This document shows, in pieces, positions 60,266 through 64,000 of a DNA stretch of 64,000 nt. Location of the stretch: assembly GCA_965223265.1 (NCBI GenBank), contig OZ244999.1, positions 4,320,001 to 4,384,000 of the forward strand, read 5' to 3'. The notes beneath the pieces are model-generated. The model ran no database searches and had not been told where the DNA came from. It saw nothing but the letters and a program-made list of their open reading frames with translations. Position 1 is the stretch's first letter. Every line of letters begins with the position of its first letter. Origin of the DNA: Planctomycetota bacterium. GTDB taxonomy: Bacteria > Planctomycetota > UBA8108 > SXIK01. A program made the position numbers and the translations under genes.

Positions 60266-61198
60266 CTACGGGCAGGTGAAACCGACGCAGCCGACTTCAC
60301 CAGCGACCGCCCCCTCGGGCTCACCGCACGCAGGGTAGGGCGCGGCAGGTGGAGGCGCGGCTCCGAAGATGAAATTGAGCATAATCACGGCGTCGGAAAG
60401 GTCGATGTCCGCCATATCCTCGGCCGCTGGGTCGCCGCGATCGATCGAGCCGTCGACGTTGTACGCCACCAGACAGTCCGCTTTGGTCGCCTCTCCGGCC
60501 GGCAAGCCGCCCGTGAAGAGAAAGTTCAGGATGATGATGGCATCCGTCGCCGTGAGACCGCCCGTGATGTCGACGTCACCGCGAATGAACGGCGTCGGCG
60601 CCGCCACGCGTACAAAGACCGGCTCGCTCAGCTCAGGGCTGGTCCGCGGCTGCGCAGATCCAGCGACATCGAAGAGAATCGGCACCGCCGGCGATCCCAA
60701 GTCCTCGGCGAACGACAGCGAGTTGTCGACGCCGTCGGCTGCGGCGCGGTAACTCACGCGCAGGAGATCATGAAACACGTCCGGTACCAACTGCCCGGTG
60801 CACTGGTCGGTCGTCAGCAGCATCGCCACCGTAAACCCGTCACCGCCTTCCGGAGACTCATTGACGTGAAAAAAGTTCGCATCCGGCTGCCCACCCGGGC
60901 AAGAGCCTTCGACGATCGCTTGGAGATCGCGGCCGAGCTCGACGCTCTCAAGTGTCATGGAGGCGGCGTCGTGACGGACGCCCAGCGAAAAACCGGTCAC
61001 CGCGTCCGGAACATTCTCCATCACAATGCCGATCGACACCACTTCGCCAGGCGCGACGCTGGCGCGCGACGAAGAGAAGAGAAGGTTGTATGCCCCCTCC
61101 TGCGCGTTCAAACTGGCGCCTGCAGCCAGCACCACAAATGGCAAGCAGAGGCGCCAAGCAGCTGTCGAATTCACGTTCATCTTCTTACGTCGCTTCAT
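60266..61198 (-). CDS. Secreted cohesin-like plus dockerin-like protein
   Basis: Signal ending LNA-QE. VAPGEVVSIGIVM..TGFSLGVRHD...LLRVSY...GSPAV. FIRGDVDITG...DLSDA..LNFIF..PPAAPYPACG. Start is 61198 or 61180. Confidence 0.75.
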   Translation of the reverse strand: MKRRKKMNVNSTAAWRLCLPFVVLAAGASLNAQEGAYNLLFSSSRASVAPGEVVSIGIVMENVPDAVTGFSLGVRHDAASMTLESVELGRDLQAIVEGSCPGGQPDANFFHVNESPEGGDGFTVAMLLTTDQCTGQLVPDVFHDLLRVSYRAAADGVDNSLSFAEDLGSPAVPILFDVAGSAQPRTSPELSEPVFVRVAAPTPFIRGDVDITGGLTATDAIIILNFLFTGGLPAGEATKADCLVAYNVDGSIDRGDPAAEDMADIDLSDAVIMLNFIFGAAPPPAAPYPACGEPEGAVAGEVGCVGFTCP

Positions 61199-61497
61199 TG
61201 GAAGCTGTCTCCAAATCTCCAAGCTTGAGCTTCGAACGGGTCAAAGAGGCGGGAGGAGAAGGACAGGGTCTTCGGAACACGACGCGAAACAGCACTCACC
61301 TGGTGCTCGCGAGCCCTCAAGACGGCTCGCCCCGCGCAGTCACAAAGGGTCGGCCGGGCGTCACACCGACTGCACCCGAGTGGTCCGGGGACCCGTTTCC
61401 TCGACTGACGATTGTAACCCAGGCGCCGAAACGTGTCAGTAAAGAAGGTGTGCTGAAGACGCCGCGCAGAACGCGCTGTGGCAGGGACGTCGGCGTC

Positions 61498-61538
61498 AAA
61501 AAAAACCGCTCCCACCGAAGAGCTCGGCGGGAGCGGTT
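61498..61538 (-). terminator. Rho-independent terminator
   Basis: Minus strand AACCGCTCCCGCCGA-GCTCT-TCGGTGGGAGCGGTT followed by a T tract. Confidence 0.85.
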
Positions 61539-61561
61539 CTCAGCTCAGAGGCTCAGGCTCG

Positions 61562-63472
61562 TTAACTGTTTGGGGTACAGTTCGACTCCTGGCAGGTCGC
61601 CGGTCCGGCTTCGCAAGTGCGGAACGGGGCAGGCGGCTCTGCAGCCGTGCTGATGAAGATGTACTCGAGCAGGAAGACGGCATCCGAGAGGTCGGCGCTA
61701 CCGTCGCCATTGGCGTCGAGGATATCGTCACAGCCAGGGAAACGCTTCGGCAGGTTGCCGACAAGACCCTGAACGATCAAGACACCGTCGGTGACGTTGA
61801 TCTTGCCGTTGCCGTCGGCGTCACCGCGGTTGAACGGCAGCCCACCGTCGCCTTGAGTGGCCACGACCAGCTCGCTCACCGGGCAGCCTTCGGCGCCCGT
61901 GGCGGGGATCTTGTTGGCGTCGCCGTCGAGGTCACTGACGTAACCGACGGTCATGCCCGGGCCACCCACACCAGGATTGAGGTCGACCTCGAAGAAGTCG
62001 CCGTCGGAGAACCCTGCGATGGCGCTACCGCGCTCGACCATGGTGATCGGGTCGCCACTGGCGAGCGTACCGGTGTTGCCGGCAGCAGGCGTCTGCGAGT
62101 TGCCCTGATCGTCGGTCATGACGAGCTCGATCAGCGGTCGGCCTTCGCCCGAGGCAAGGTCGCCCGAGAAGCTCAGGTCCTGGCCATTGATCTTGACGCC
62201 GAACTGGAAGCCGAGAAGGTCGGCAGCGTGGCGGCCAACGATCGGCATGGAGTTGTCACCGGCGGTGTACGCGTCGCCGGTCGCGGCCGGGCCGAAGTAG
62301 AGAGCGTAGGCGTCGGCCGGGCAGTCATCCGGAGGACAAGCGGGATCGCCAGCACAATCGCTGTCGTCGCAGTCCACAGCGCCGTCACCATCGTCGTCCT
62401 GCTGGTTGTCGCAGATCTCGGTGGCAGGCGCACAGGCCGGATCCTCGGCACAATCGCTGTCGTCGCAGTCCACAGCGCCGTCGCCATCGTCGTCCTGCTG
62501 GTTGTCACAAATCTCGGTGCCAGGCGCACAGGCCGGATCCTCGGCACAGTCGCTGTCGTCGCAATCCACAGCGCCGTCACCATCGTCGTCCTGCTGGTTG
62601 TCGCAGATCTCGGTGGCAGGCGCACAGGCCGGATCTTCGGCACAGTCGCTGTCGTCGCAGTCCACAGCGCCGTCGCCATCGTCGTCCTGCTGGTTGTCGC
62701 AGATCTCGGTGGCAGGCGCACAGGCCGGATCCTCGGCACAGTCGCTGTCGTCGCAGTCCACAGCGCCGTCGCCATCGTCGTCCTGCTGATTGTCGCAGAT
62801 CTCGGCGACGCCACCACCGACGTTAACGCGAGCGTTCGTCAGAACGCGCGGCGTCTTCGAGCGGCCGTTGTCCGTGGCAATGATGTCCACTGGCGGCGAA
62901 CCTTCAACGCCGAGCTCACCGCTCTTGAACTCGATGATGGTGTCCGCACCGAGCGTGTCGTTCACCGCGTAGTTGACGCGCAGCAGCGTGTTGAGCTGCT
63001 TCGGCAAGAGCGAACCGCCGAAGAGGTCGAGAACGATCGCCGAGATGAAACCGCCGGCGACCACCTTGTTCTGGAAGAACGGCGTGTTGCCAGCGTTGAT
63101 CCCCGCAGCAGTGTTGTCGGTGATGAGATCGTCGTCGGTGATCGACATCAGCGCTTCATCGTGCGCCACGGCGATCGACCAGCCTTGAATCTGGTCACTT
63201 GCGGTCGTCATCGTAAAGACCGCAGGAACCACTGTTCCTGCTTCGCACGGCATACAATCAAAAACGTTGCTGCCTGTGATGGGCACTTCAGCGTCACCTT
63301 CCGGGTCGCCCGCTGCGAAGGTGATCGCCATGTTGTCATCGGAGCAGCGCTCGCCGTCTGGCGGATCGCAGAACATAATCACTAGCGACTCGTCGATCAC
63401 CTGCGCCTGCGCAGGCGCACAGACGAGCGCCACCATTGCCATGACTGAACCCAATACCAAAGCACGACTCAT
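61562..63472 (-). CDS. Scaffoldin-like secreted protein: cohesin-like, 5 Cys/Asp repeats, second cohesin-like, dockerin-like
   Basis: AAGGAG RBS. Signal AQA-Q. QGWSIAVAHD...LLRVNY...GSPPV. GFQFGV...DFFEVDL..GMTVGYV. FNRGDADGNGKINVTD...DANGDGSADLSD. Confidence 0.78.
   Translation of the reverse strand: MSRALVLGSVMAMVALVCAPAQAQVIDESLVIMFCDPPDGERCSDDNMAITFAAGDPEGDAEVPITGSNVFDCMPCEAGTVVPAVFTMTTASDQIQGWSIAVAHDEALMSITDDDLITDNTAAGINAGNTPFFQNKVVAGGFISAIVLDLFGGSLLPKQLNTLLRVNYAVNDTLGADTIIEFKSGELGVEGSPPVDIIATDNGRSKTPRVLTNARVNVGGGVAEICDNQQDDDGDGAVDCDDSDCAEDPACAPATEICDNQQDDDGDGAVDCDDSDCAEDPACAPATEICDNQQDDDGDGAVDCDDSDCAEDPACAPGTEICDNQQDDDGDGAVDCDDSDCAEDPACAPATEICDNQQDDDGDGAVDCDDSDCAGDPACPPDDCPADAYALYFGPAATGDAYTAGDNSMPIVGRHAADLLGFQFGVKINGQDLSFSGDLASGEGRPLIELVMTDDQGNSQTPAAGNTGTLASGDPITMVERGSAIAGFSDGDFFEVDLNPGVGGPGMTVGYVSDLDGDANKIPATGAEGCPVSELVVATQGDGGLPFNRGDADGNGKINVTDGVLIVQGLVGNLPKRFPGCDDILDANGDGSADLSDAVFLLEYIFISTAAEPPAPFRTCEAGPATCQESNCTPNS
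62336..62803 (-). repeat. Five near-identical 96-bp coding tandem repeats
   Basis: Unit EICDNQQDDDGDGAVDCDDSDCAEDPACAPAT, period 96 nt. Confidence 0.95.
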
Positions 63473-64000
63473 GCGACACACTCCTTTAAACACAGTCCAA
63501 AGACCTCGCTCCCCTTGCAGCGGCGACGCATGCGGATCTCGCCGCGCGGCCGAAGCTCAGCTTCGATTTCGGTCTTTGCTCAACCAAAAACCCTTGCCAA
63601 CACTGTTCACTCGGAAGAAGCCAAAACGTGGTTCTTGCGGCGAACGATTCCTCGCAATTTCTCGCTTGATTTCATCCCAGAGAATCCTCAATCGCCCTCG
63701 TGTACGAGGGTTTTCCTTGGCTCGATCATACCAAAGAGGAAACCGCCTACAAGTTCTAAAAGACGCAAAAGACCAATTCGATGCGTCGCCTTGTTGGCAT
63801 GTGAATAGAGGGGGGAGATGTTAGCGTTCGCGAGCCAAATCTGCGTCACGACGCGGTGAAGACGTGCACCAATGGGCTGTGGAATTTGCACGAGGACGGC
63901 AGGCGACCGTACAAGCTATGGACGCTCATCAATGCCGGCGAGGCGCGCTGAAAGACGTGTTAGTCACGCCAGCGTCGCGGTTTCGGCGAAAGCGATTGGT

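Noticed and set aside
62336-62803. CRISPR or non-coding repeat array
   Set aside because: The repeats are contiguous, in frame (96 nt) and have no spacers; they lie inside a CDS.
59846-63385. Long plus-strand ORFs (460 aa and 635 aa), and similar ones such as 2726-4012 on the minus strand
   Set aside because: They are antisense shadows of well-supported genes, which is expected in high-GC DNA.
63494-64000. ncRNA or small gene in the AT-richer right end
   Set aside because: No tRNA or other recognisable RNA structure and no convincing ORF. Probably a promoter region.

Overview
This is a GC-rich bacterial chromosomal window, most likely Planctomycetota/PVC (DUF1501 plus DUF1549/DUF1553 pair, HEAT, WD40 and TPR proteins, a Ser/Thr kinase, ECF sigma factors). 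Housekeeping and metabolic genes (aldehyde dehydrogenase, ilvC, dacB, xylA, a topoisomerase IV-like pair) are mixed with many secreted proteins. The strongest signal is a dense set of dockerin-like and cohesin-like modules with no cellulases. Seven proteins end in a dockerin-like EF-hand pair and three carry cohesin-like domains. They include an apparent ECF sigma / dockerin-bearing anti-sigma / cohesin-like / VIT-vWA lipoprotein unit, which looks split by an inverted VOC-YciI-ECF42-like cassette, and a scaffoldin-like protein with two cohesin-like domains, 5 Cys/Asp repeats and a dockerin. Small mobile and repeat DNA is also present: a hairpin MITE in three copies with YTAR target duplications (one interrupts a gene), GTAG-type REPs, a second purine-rich repeat family and a compound hexamer microsatellite. 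Other features are a frameshifted HEAT gene, a truncated gene, an IlvC with a histone-H1-like tail, and palindromic operator candidates for the PadR and GntR regulators. I saw no rRNA, tRNA, CRISPR array, transposase or reverse transcriptase. All domain calls come from reading motifs by eye, not from database searches.
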